Shown: positions 36,851 to 49,110 of the stretch, one piece after another
Layout of the letters: the number at the start of each line of letters is the position of its first letter
Numbering within the stretch: position 1 is the stretch's first letter
Assembly: GCA_026023565.1 (NCBI GenBank)
Contig: JAPETS010000052.1
Location: 1 to 64,000, forward strand
Direction: 5' to 3'
From: Cirrosporium novae-zelandiae
Lineage: Eukaryota
Length of the DNA stretch: 64,000 nt
Notes under the pieces: model-generated
Told to the model about the DNA's origin: nothing
The model's database searches: none
The model's input: only the letters and a program-made list of their open reading frames with translations
Translations under genes and position numbers: made by a program

Positions 36851-37186
36851 ATGGCCCAAGGAGCAATCAAACGCTCAAAGGCGTCTTCCACCGGCCACAA
36901 ACAGTGAGTTTATCATTTTCAACCAGACTTTACCGTCACCTCTAGAGCCAGAAATCAAGCTTATCTCAATTTTTCTACCAGTCATGCTAGCAACAATAAA
37001 ACCAAACCAGGCACACGTGTGGTCGCTCCCAAGAAAGCAACTCTGATCCGACAAAAGAAAATAACAAAAAAGTTTTCTGCTGCTAGGACAGCTCAGACGG
37101 AGAAGAGTCTCGCAAATAAGGTGGGGCATTTGGAGTTATTGGCTGGAGGCAAGAAATCAAAGAAGGAATCAAAAGACAAGAAATGA
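36851..37186 (+). CDS. Small basic UPF0390/DUF2462-family protein; exons 36851-36903 and 36982-37186
   Basis: The spliced product [10 protein letters not shown]...[51 protein letters not shown]... carries the family pattern MAQG / APKK / GHLELL. Not in the ORF track. Confidence 0.85.
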
Positions 37187-37898
37187 AATGGGTATAGGGT
37201 GAATGAGATAAGCATTGGATGATGTGTGTGGGTGGGTTTCATGCTGAATAGCCATTGTGCTTGGGAATAATGATTTGCGCGCGCTGTCGTAAGGCAGCTA
37301 GCAAGCCTGGGCTGCGCATAACGGCATAAACGAATGAAGGCAAACCCACAAGGTGTAGTGAACATGACGTGACCAACATATACCCAGAAAGTCCATACAA
37401 GGCTCCTTCTAGGAAGTACATTGGACAACTTCTTCGAACCAGACTTTCAACCTGCTACATGAGCTGGGCAAGAAAGAAGATCAGCGGTTTCGGAATGTTG
37501 GTCCTGAAATCATTCCGAAACTACCTTTAACGGATGAGATGAGAAGGCCCAACCAGTGGAACTGCAAAGCCATCTATCTAATAGTTTTGCATTCCACAAA
37601 AACCAAACTCGAACGTTTACTCAGGAAAGACTCTTGCATGAGACTAGAAAGGACGACCCTTATAGGGTTACCAGACTACTAGTAGAAGCGTAAGTAAGTC
37701 TTGAATACTACGTCAAAGTCACATCCTTCCTCATTGTCAGCATCAACTTCTACTACCTCTATGGCCTTTCGAGCTAGCAAAACATAAGGCATTTTGTTCT
37801 AGAAGGACTTGAGCTCAGGAAAATATCAGGGACTCAAAAGGCCATCCCATCCATGGGATACATTTCCGTTTGCCCAAGATAAGGGCTCATCTTTACTC

Positions 37899-38087
37899 AT
37901 TCAATCAATCAATCAATCAATCAACTACCTACCTAAGCCAAAAGGACGTGGGAGGGCATCCATCCGTTCTGCCACCTTGTAGCAGACACTCGGATTTAAG
38001 ATATATATAACCCAACTGCATAACAACAACAAACTTAAACTTCTCAACCCCCTCTCCAAAAAGCAAAAAGCAAAAAGCAAAAAAAAA
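37899..38087. repeat. Microsatellites (TCAA)n and (CAAAAAG)n
   Basis: About 6 TCAA units at 37901-37924 and 3-4 CAAAAAG units at 38057-38087. Confidence 0.7.
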
Positions 38088-38788
38088 CTCAGTTATGTCA
38101 TATTTAATTGTTATGTTTTGTTTATATTACTTCCATGTTAATTACCTCACAACTATTCCTCGCTTCTTTTCTCCTCCCCCTTTTAATACTCTCATTTTTC
38201 GTTCTTTCTTCCTCCCCCCTTCCCCTCTCAACTAATTAAACCCCAGCCAACCAAAAAAAACTTTCCTTGAAAGTAATTTTGGTAAGTAGGACAAGATATG
38301 TGCTCATCTCTTCTTCTTCTCTTTCCCCAAAAAGAAATCCCGTAACTACACGAATTAAAAAAAACTCACATACAAAGAAACGAAGAAAAATAATAAAGGT
38401 AGCTTAAGAAATGAATAAGGCGAAATTGTTAAAAGTCGCAGCCTCAAGGCTCACAATTATACAAAAAAAAATAAGCCTCCTGGTAAAAAACGATGTAGTG
38501 ATGGAGACCTCCTATTCCCATGTCCTATACGATAGAAAAAAAAGCTCCCAACAAGTAGACAGATGCCCTCCCATGCCCCAACACGTACGTTGCTGGTTTG
38601 CGTATCGTCCCTCAAGTTTCAACTCTATGCTTTGCTAAAGAACAATTTTCCAACGCCGTGCACACAAATCATTTTTTCGCAGTAGACAGAGCAAGGAAAT
38701 TCGTAGCTGGATCATTAATTGCTAGAAAGGAACCTCCCTTGGAAGTTATTTGCGAATTGTGATATTATAACAAGTCTAGGGGCCAATG

Positions 38789-41700
38789 TCATGATGATTT
38801 ATGTGATTTGTGACCGTCATCTTTGTGAAATTGATCCGTGACAATTTCCGCCGCACTACCAAGTAACGATTGTTCGTCAGGACTAGTCCTGTGCAAGTTG
38901 TCACTCATACGATGTTGTTGCACATAGCCCATTGTAGATGGTCGATCATTATGTGTATCTGGAGCATGAGCACCAAGGGCTGACTGTGGGTCTTGTTGCG
39001 TATTGGTATTTTCGTCATGGTGGTTCATGCTCGACGCACTCGATTCGGCTCTGTCGGAGGAGCGACTACTTTTCGTGTGTGAACGTTGTGATGAATGCTG
39101 CGAGCCGAAAGGTAACCGATTGGACACTGTAGTTAACGGACGTAAATGTCTTTCAGAAGGATTATCGGGGTTGTAAAGACGTCCACCCGAACGCGGAGAA
39201 CCGGGGGGAGAAGCACCAATAGTACTAAGTCGAGGATTGGGGCTAACATCTACTAGCTGATTTACTTCCCGCGACTTTCTCTTGGAACTCTTCCTCGGAA
39301 CTTCCGGTATGTCACTTTCGCTACCAGATTTCGAAGGTTTTGAGCTGGCCTTTGAAACCCTAGAAGGAACTCGGCTAGGTATTGAAAGTTCTCCGCCCGT
39401 ATCAAGGGGTGGCAGGAATGGCGGCACTTCGGAAATCCGAATTCGCGGCTCATCGTCCTCGTCGTCTTCGTCGTCCTCAGCGTCCTCATCATCCTCATCG
39501 TCTTCATCTTCTGAAATTTCGCTCTCATTCTCGTCGCTGGATGTATCGGATCCACTGTGAGCAGAACTGGGTCTATTGATCGAAGCAAGTGATCCCATAC
39601 CAACATCCCCCTCTTCTCCTTCTTGAGCTGTTGCATCCACCTCTCTTTGTGTTTCGTTTTGGGTTGCTGGTTCGTCATGGTATGGCTCTGGTGTATGTTG
39701 TTCTTCAGCATTGTCATCTTCGGTACTAGTGCCTTCTTCTATTGGACGCCGAAGTTGAGGCGGAGCTCTCCCACTTCTAACCACCTCAAACCCTTTGCCC
39801 TTATCTTTTGTTTTTCCACGGAATAAAGATTTGAACCAGCCAGTCGCAGACGACACAGGACCGGTTGGATCGGCCGGACCTGTTCTTAATCTTCGGGTTG
39901 GTTGATTGGATAATGCTGGCCCTCGAACACCATAGTAGAAATCGGATTCGCGTGTTGAATAATCAGGCTTCGGATGTAACGTATCCGCACCCGACCCTTC
40001 CAGGTGATCAGCTTGACCGGCGCTGTTTGCTCGGGATCTTGAAGGACCCTCTTCCGGGTCCCCATCCTGGGCACTCCATCGATTTTTTGCCAACTCAGCA
40101 CTTGCCCAAGAACCTCTACTTCTAGATCCAGGGGAGAGCGCTTCTATCGTCGATACTCTGTTGCGTGGAGGACGGTAGAATGGATCTGATGGCTCAGACT
40201 TGGCACCATTCACCCCGTCATGTGGTGAACCGGATCCTGCACCATGAACGAACGAGAACGCACTGGTTGCACGAGGGGTGGTCGGGGTATACGCGGTACT
40301 GCCACTTGCGGTTTGTTGATGTCCAGGCCGCACAAGCCCAACAGCGTCAAACCTCACGCTAGCACGAGAGTCGGTTCCTCCGGGCCGACTAAGAAGTTGT
40401 GTGGAGCTTCCAGATAAGCTACGGTGGCGAGATTCCAGTTGAATTGATTTGGTGTCATTCTCAGGCCCAAGTATTGCAGCTTGTGACGTCATACTTTGTC
40501 GCTGTACCCGAGAGCGACGCGGGCTACGCCTTGAGAGTTGACGCATTCCAAATATCTTCGTAGCAAATCCTCCCCGAACCACTGTGGTGCCATCATCGCC
40601 AGCCCCTAGAAGTCGCGCGGCAACCTCCATGATAGTCTGAAGGGCGTTCAAGAAAAAGCAAAAGACTAGTACAAAAGCGTGTATGACGAGAATCACGTAG
40701 CCAATCCAACCCTTTGAGCCCTCGGCCACTTGTAGCGACGGAACGAACGCGACGCAGAGGAGAACAGCTAGAAATCTCATGACGGAGAAGAAGGTATGAA
40801 ATGCATTCATGGAGGTCGGGGATTCAAACGGACGAATCGCATTAACCAGCAATATAAAAACAATCTCGCAAATAGCGAGAACGACTAGCTGAGCAATGCC
40901 AGAAGGCTGAACAGCCCCAATGGCAACACCACGAAGAAAGTTTAACAAAAGGGGAATTAAGGCAAAGGCAGCCTTTTCATCGGAGTAAGTGTTGTAGAGT
41001 GGTCCGTACAGAAGCACCGTAGGGAGGTCATCATACAGAATCGCACGTGGTTTGGTTTTGCGTATAACGTTTAATACCCAGCAGGAAAACAACATGATGG
41101 CGACCAGGAGCACAGTAGCTAACGCTACAGTTAAAATAGATGACTCCTCGGCTACAACCAGCTGAAACATAGACAGAGAGACCACGGGAAGGAAAAAGTA
41201 GTTGAAGATGATCCGAATGACCATGCCCATGGTAAAGGGCATATTTTTTGATCGCAGGTCTTCTTCGTGGACTTTGGAAATGTGGCGATAACCCCATTGT
41301 AAGAAGAACCAAAGCTGTGAGAGAAGTATCGTGAGGCCTATGATTACTAGCAGCCAGATGATCATACAAGCCCACATATCCGAAACGGAGGTCATACCAG
41401 CCAGCTGGCCGAGACGGTCCAAGCCATAAGTACCATTGTAGACGTATATACCATCCACCAAGCTTTCCGTGCCATTCCCATGACTGACGAAACTGTGGTT
41501 GAACATCAGAGCCGACCAGCTGGCCTGGGATATCACTGGTTGATAGTATCCAGGATAATCCAGACTTAGACTACCTGTCAAAACGATAAATTGGATGTAC
41601 TGTAGACAATCTCCAATCCCTGGAGTGACGAGTCTTAACAAGTCTTCATCTCTACCATAATTGCTAGTCCACCGGAATAAATCTCCTGTCCCCCATGGGC

Positions 41701-42639
41701 TGAAAACCGCTGCAAAGGCAGTGGCAAACCCCACCGAGCCCAAGATTGTCAGGGGAAGATATCTCAGGAAGCTAGATATTTTACCACCCAGGTCAGGGGT
41801 GATGACAGCGGAAATACAGGCAAGTTCTGCTTTGCTGGCATCTCCAGATGTGACCTTGATCTGTGCTGTTAAACTGGTAAACGAATAGCTGGAGTAGAAG
41901 TCATTGAAGACTGCAAACGCCGATAGTTCTGCAGGGTCCGACCTAGTCAAGTCTCAGTCTCAGAAATTCGAGATCAGACAAACCAGGATTTTACTTACCC
42001 ATTGACATAAAAGTTCGGTGCCAATGGACACTCTCCATGGACCAAGGTTTCGCAGAACTCTTCATTTTCGTCCCAAGGAGTGTAACTTAGAAAATCAAGA
42101 CCTGCAAAAAGGGTAGAGTATCTGTTGTTGCTTTCGCTAACATTGACAATCTTCCCAATCGTACTATTAGGATTAGTCCACAGAGTACTATTTGGGCCCG
42201 GATAGTCTTGGTCGGTTGCGATTCCAGAGACATTTCCATAAACGGTCGCATTGAAGTGATGTTTATGACCTCCCGGAGAGCTGGTGTTGAAAGTAGCCCA
42301 GAAAAAAAAGGGGACGAACTGCAGCTGTAAGGGGTCAGAGTTGATGATACCTGGATCCAGACAATTATCAAAGTTAATCCACGCTGCAGTAGCAGGGCTA
42401 ACGACGAAAGCGAGTATGAAACTCCAAAGTAAGAACCTGATGCCGGAAGCATGTAAGGTACCTGAACCCTGAGCCTTGGGTTTGGTCAATGTTTTGTCCT
42501 TGGAGTTCCGCCGTGATATCACTCCATGATCCATCAACTCCATGGTATTGTTATCCACCGAATTTCTTGCATTGTAGAACTTTGTAGGAGGTGACAGAGT
42601 ATTTCCTAAGCAGCGCGGCGAGCGCAGCGACGTCACCAT
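38789..42639 (-). CDS. TRP-like/FLC (flavin carrier-type) membrane protein; exons 42639-41999 and 41942-38789 (start uncertain)
   Basis: Signal-like segment and ML-like/TRP_N domain (LACISAVITPDLG), LQYIQFIVLTGSLSLDYPGYYQP, several TM helices, YGPLYNTY and a long disordered acidic C-tail. A 56-nt intron keeps the frame. Confidence 0.9.
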
Positions 42640-44608
42640 CGGCCTATAGCTCGTTCGGCAAATCCCAGCGATAGATTCTGATACTTTTATTGTCACAGCT
42701 GACTTTCCCTCTAATTTGATATTGAACCCTTCACCATATCAGTAAGTTCGTGTGAGGAGCTGGTATTAAATAAACGAGTGTGTACGGATATGAGGCGTCT
42801 CGCGTGATATTGTTTGGCTTCATGGGGAGCCGTGAGGGTTACAATGGGGGGGGGATTGGGTGAATGGGATCCGAAGTAGAGAACCGGGTAGGATTTGCTA
42901 TCAATTATGGAATACGATGTCAGTGGTAAGAAAGGTGGCAGAAGGAAAGGGCTATGGAAGAAGAAAAGAAAGGTGATAAGACGGAGGTTGTACGGGCAAT
43001 TCAAAAAATACATACGTTCGTGCTTGGCCGTGAACTAGAAATGCATTTACCCAATTGCTTTAGGGTCGAATGTAATATTGACCACTAATCATGATGCGCC
43101 CAACCTGCTGGATAAGAGTCGAATGCTTCGAATGTTTTGAATGCTTGAGATGGTGATGATGTTCCTGACAGGCTAGGTAAGATGAGATAGTTGAAGGAAG
43201 TTTCAAGTAGAAGTACAACGACAAGCAATAGTGTTTTTTGACTTTTGGGAAGGAATTACGGATCTTCACAAAGGTGGAGCGAGAGGTTAATTGTGCTGGG
43301 TAAGTAAATTGTTACTTCTTGTAAGGCGTGTGTAAGGCTAGAAGGAGAAATGCTTTTGGGGAGAGGGGGATGTTCTAACTGGTTCTAACTTGTATTGTTC
43401 ACTGATTATGACGGAAAGACATTGACCTCCGACTGCCTCTCTTTTTTTTCTCTCAGCTTTTAGCATCAACATCACACACACAGCCACTGGCGTTACAAAG
43501 CTGGACAGAGCCAAGGCAAGGTTTATTAGTAATAATTATAGCCTTGACCTGTCCTAGCCCTATCGAAATATTTCCAAAGAACTCTTATCTCCATCGAATT
43601 TCCTTCTCATTGGCCTACACATTATTTATCCACCATGATACGAGAAGGATCACGATCTTTTGGAAAGTAAATAAATATCCATCTACTACTTTATAAAGTA
43701 GCCTGAGGCTGTGCTTGCTGCCAAGAGAATAACTCTTCCCCCTACCACCCTACTACGCCCTACCTTGTTTTAAGCCATGACCAGAAAATAAAGGGAGCCT
43801 TCTTCCCTACTTTCTCATGAACTCCCTTTTCTTCCTCGTCTTAAATAGTCTACAAAAATATCCAAACAATAAATGATATCAACACACATTTCTATATCCA
43901 GCCAAAGTTGCGACAACACCATCTCCCCGTTTCACAATCTGCAAAGCACTCACTTTTGATTGGCTGTTGGCGATGACGAAGCCTTTCGACCACATCCTAC
44001 GTGGCTTACTTCCACTATCCCACCTCTCCAACCCAATAGAAATGGCTGTATAAAGTATAACGAGGTAATACAAAGTGAGGGAAAAAACTGTCTGGCAGAA
44101 AGCCTGGGTTTCGAACTCGTAAACTAAAATAGCTATGCATGCACAATAATGCAATAACATCTTTTCTCAGCCAGTCAATCGCACAGTTAAACCCGGAATC
44201 TTAACATGGAGAAATAGAAGGTGGGGATGGGGTGCATGGCCATAAAGAAAACGAGCGTACTTATCGGTCAAGACTGTTTTTTTCTTCTTTTTCTGCTTCT
44301 AGGAAACTTCGCAGTTTCCAAATTTCCCTAGAATGCTGCAGGTTAATCAATAGCTTGAGGTTATTATATATATTTATGTTTTTTCAAAGGCGGAAGATAA
44401 TGCCATCCCAGGCCAACTGGTATTTATTCCCGAACCAAGTATTTTTGTCACTCTCATTTTGTATCAAGGCCTTAGGCTTGTCCAACATTGTAGATAAATA
44501 GATATACAAGTCGATTGCCATAAAAAAATTATGTTCATCGATTTTCTAGATGTTTTAGATGGTTTGATGTGCACAAAAGAGCTAATTACTGTACACTCTA
44601 ATCTCTCT

Positions 44609-46973
44609 TCACAGCAATGACCGAATCGCCTGTATCGCACCAGTCCAATTTCCCTCTTGACGTGTCGTAATCTTGCCTAACAAGGCCATGCAAGTCTCCA
44701 CGTTCGCTCTTAATACCCTCTCGAGAGTTATCCGTTGGCTTCCACCCTCCGTCTCTTCCGTCATCGGTGTTTGTGGCAGCCGCCGTAGATACCAGAGTGA
44801 TGTAACAGCCGCCCTAAGCACCTCAAGTGCAAATGTCCAATTGCCTGGCAATATAAGCTCAACCTCATAGTGTCGGTCTTGTTGAAGTCCATCATCTTTT
44901 TCTGGTTGTTGGTTGGGACTATTGCCAGCGGTATCCTGAAAGTGATCATGGTGGAATCTTCGAAACCTGGGTGTCGAGTAAAGATTCCAGTAGCCGACGA
45001 TTAGACTCCTGACAACTTCAGGGCCAACCTCGAGGATATCTTCTATTCCTGACTCCGATGGAGAGGCCTCTGAAGATGGACTGCTGTTCGGGAATTGTAC
45101 CAGGGATGCTTGGAGGAGGAAACAAAGAGCAGAATGGATGACCTCGTCTCTCATAATCCGACCAACAGTACTTAGATATGCGGTTAAGTCATCCTCCACT
45201 ACATTATCAAGCTCCTTAATGTCGGATTTGAAAATTGGTGCATCGCGACTGCCCCCATTGGAGAGAATAAAATCCCAGTGATGTAGCCAACTATCTGCCA
45301 AAGTTTCCATCTCCTTAAACCAGGATAGAGACCATCGGCGGAAGGAAAGAAGGGATTCATGTCGAGTTTCAACCATGAAATACGTGTGAATCTTTGATTT
45401 GAGAATACATATAGAGTGAAATAGGTTCGCCAAGGTATGTGTTGGATTCGTCATGGTAGGTCAGCTCACCATAGGGTGGAATAAAATGACTGGGGGCTAG
45501 GTGCTTACCATTGGTCCTCGAATGTCATATAGCACGTGGTCATTAGCTTCTACGATCGAAATCGGTCGCCCGTAAGCTATACTGACAATAACCTCGTAGC
45601 ATTCAAGGGAGCGATAAATGGTTTCAAACTTCGCTCTTTGTTGTATCTGTAACCCGCATGCTGTGCAATTCTTTCTCGTTAACTGATGACCTTGGGTACA
45701 TGAGAGAACCTGTTTCGGTCGCAGTCTTCCAGCAAAGCCTAGAAGTCGCCAAGCATTTCCTTTCTCCGGAGAAAAGAAGACATATACAATTAATAGTAAA
45801 ATAATCCGTAGTTTCGACAGGTCTGGGTCACAATCGTCATCCTCCTGGGCGGGTAACCCAGAAGAAAGGGCAAAAGTTCCGCCGCTGAAGCCTAGGTCAA
45901 GGCATGATGTAGCAGCATCAAAGAGTCCTTCAGACGCCTCTAGGAGCTTTCTCCGGGTATCATGTCTGCTTGTTGTATGTTGCGGGACCTCTTGGCGTGA
46001 AGAAGCTGCGATTCTCATAGCAATAGCCAAAACCAATTGTATGCGCAACCTGGAGCTGAATTTATAACCAATTTCGTTGCCTGTTTCTGTATCATTCAAA
46101 CCATAGACCAGGTTCACATCTTTGATGATGAGTATCTTGCCCAGAATAGGAGTGAGGGTTTCAATGGAGAGATAATAAATTTCAATAAGATGCCGTGCGA
46201 CTGAAAGTGGGGGCAAATCTGGACTCTGAGCCTGTTTTTGTCGTTTGAGAAAGACTAAAAGGTCCAAGTCTTGAAAGAAACCTGTACCTGACAAATGTTG
46301 AGTTGGTGCCTCTGGTGTTGACTTGATCGAGCTCAAGTATATATTAAGGTAAGCAAACGCACTAGAGTATCCCCAGAAAACGCGATTTATATCATTATTA
46401 ACTCCTTTGGGAACAATCAACGCATCTGGGGGGTTGGTGGTGAGAATGCCTCCGTAGGGATTAGATGAATTCTCGTCTGGTAGTTTGAGTCCATCATTTG
46501 CCCCAACAAATTCATTCACAGGGTCTGGTTTTGTCTTTTCTTGCTGATCATCCAAAGCTAAAATCTCATTCAAAGCTCGTAGCCTCTGGTGAAGCGTATA
46601 GATATAGCTTTAATTTAAGTTAACAAAAGGTACAGTACAATCCACAGAGAATAAAAAATGTGTACTCTAGTAGTAAGATTATAATGATGAAGTTTCCCCC
46701 GCGGCTTCAATAACCGAGTTATAAATAGAAAATAAACACGATGTGCGTTCGAGCTTTGATGGAAATGAGAATGTAACAAGTAAAGCGTTTCTACCTTCTT
46801 GGAAATGTTTCCTCGAGAATATGATCCCACGTCTCGCATTCAGCATGAGCATCAAGACATTTCTGGCAGCTCGGTAATAACCTGTCGCATCTTCGCCTTT
46901 GTCGGCGACATCGAAGACACGACGGAAGGCTATCAAGAGCAGAGTCGAGGTCAAAATCTATTTCCGATGACAT
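44609..46973 (-). CDS. Zn(II)2Cys6 fungal transcription factor; exons 46973-46795, 46607-45509 and 45451 (or 45391)-44609
   Basis: CLRCRRQRRRCDRLLPSCQKCLDAHAEC followed by PRS|YIYTLHQRL, and a fungal-TF middle region (NAWRLLGFAGRL, VSIAYGRPISI). The second acceptor is ambiguous. Confidence 0.88.
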
Positions 46974-48879
46974 TGTGGGCAGTGCTAAGACATTGAGTTA
47001 TGTGAATGTGGCGGGTGAGACAGTGCAGCACTCCAACGATAATATAGCATGGGTTCTTGGCTCCATTTGAATGCCATTTTGAGCTCGACCATAGAGAGCT
47101 CTTGGAGCTCCTAATCGATACCTATTTATGAAGGTTATCTTAGGTTTAGTGCTTTTGGCGAATTGAGTCAATCTGTGAAGTGGAGTCGTGGGGGGGACCG
47201 AAACTCGATGGATCTTGACACGACACTAATGCTTATCTTTAAACAAGGAACATTGCCTACAACTTCCTAGAATAGTGCTTCAGATAATTATGATTAGACT
47301 GTACGATAAATACATTGCGACTTTAAATATCGAGCGAGGGAAATATAAAGTTTCCTACAAAAATGCCATCCATCCATACTATCAACATCCTAATAAATAC
47401 GACCAAGTTCAAATACTAAACCTCATCTAATAGAAACAATACGATTTCCCCACTAAGCTTCGCGACTCCTACCTACAGCTTACCACCCTATATCTAGCAT
47501 CAATCGTGTTCTGAGCCGCCTGAGATAGTAAGTGGGTTCTACCTAAGGAGCCTTGACCACTGTAAGAGAGGAAATGAGGCTCCAAGAATTAAGTCGGTAT
47601 AGAGATTAGGACTATTCTTTCCGTAAACATTGGGCTAATTTGTGAACACACACTCTCCAATTTATCAATATCTCTAACAAGATCAGCCGTTCGAGGATAA
47701 GATGGCGTCTACAAAGCAACGAGATGAAGGTCTTCAGACATTATTAGGGGAGACAGAACGCTAGTCTATTTTTAGGTAGCTTGCCTGACCAGGGTTAATA
47801 GACCCATATTCATCAATATTAACAGAACAGACAAAAAACATCGAACGAGCTATCAGGGTTGCTGAAATGATTGATCTGATCATAACGCTGATCGTGATGC
47901 GTTGCAGAGGGGATATCTGTGCAACCACAGGCGAGGAAGGTCCACAAGGTACGATAACCCGCAGGCTAGAATATATCTCCTAAAGAATATTAGCTCCTTG
48001 CTGGAGGTGTGGCATCATCCCAAACATCTGTACACTGTACTAGCATCATAAAGATTATGAACCTCACAATCATTGAAGAAATAGACCGTCACAGCGATAA
48101 CTGTTTTATCGTCGAGTAGAGTAAGGTATAATCACACATTTCCATTGGAGCAACTCTACTTCAGTCTCTTAATTTCTTTTGTTTGAGACTGGGCGGTAAG
48201 GCTACGGAATGTATGGTTACTGCACGGGTACGTGTCGAGAAGTCTCACTAGGTTCGTTCTGAGTTCATGCAGTCCTAGTACGGGTCTGAGTACTTTCTGA
48301 TACTGGGTAATACTCTGATAGTGATCGTGAGGTTTGTGGTAAATATGGTCTCGTAACTATACAAAATATTAGGTCTAAAGATATATTCCGAACTCCAGAG
48401 GTACAGTACTTACATCGGCCGTGGTTTGAAACCTTGCATGTATCAAACAGCCTCCTTATCCCTATTCATTATTTTGCTCCGTAGCTCACAGATGATCTAG
48501 GGCAGAGGCTAGAAAGATACCTTTCAAAATAGAATAATACTTACAAGTTTGCATTGATTACGAATTACATCGGAATTCGTAATACGTGCTAAAATATTCT
48601 CAATTTGGCCATTAAGCCCTCTCTTCACCCCGCTATTCGGTCAATGACTGACAAGGCAACGGTCTTTGCGTCGTATCTAAGGGAGGAGTCTGAGGGAGAA
48701 CAAGCCAGCCTTTCGACACGGCTGTCTGCCAACGTAAGGAAAACTCGAGCAATCTGAGATATATCTGATAAGATTTTCTGGTACTTGGTGAAAACGACCC
48801 GGTCTTTCGACACAGATATATCAAGTGATTGATAATGATGAAAGGCCATGATAAGGTATGAGTTTTTAGTCGTATTGAG

Positions 48880-49110
48880 GTGGTGAGTAGGCGATAGGTT
48901 CTAGGAGTGACGTCCGGGTAGTTGAAAGTCTAGTAAATGTTGTGGATAGACTAGACCAAATAGACGGCCTAACCTAGGCTAACTATAGACTCTAGGGATA
49001 AAGATAAACTCAACGTTCTCTCTGAAGTTTAGCAAAGTTCTTCAATCACGAGTAACTAACGTTACTATATGTAGAAGACCTACTGTTATAAGGTCAATGG
49101 TTAAAATATA
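48880..49110. mobile_element. RIP-like degenerate repeat relic (family unidentified)
   Basis: Strong TpA excess and CpA/TpG depletion inside a gene-free stretch of about 6.8 kb. No transposase or reverse transcriptase motif recognised. Confidence 0.3.
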
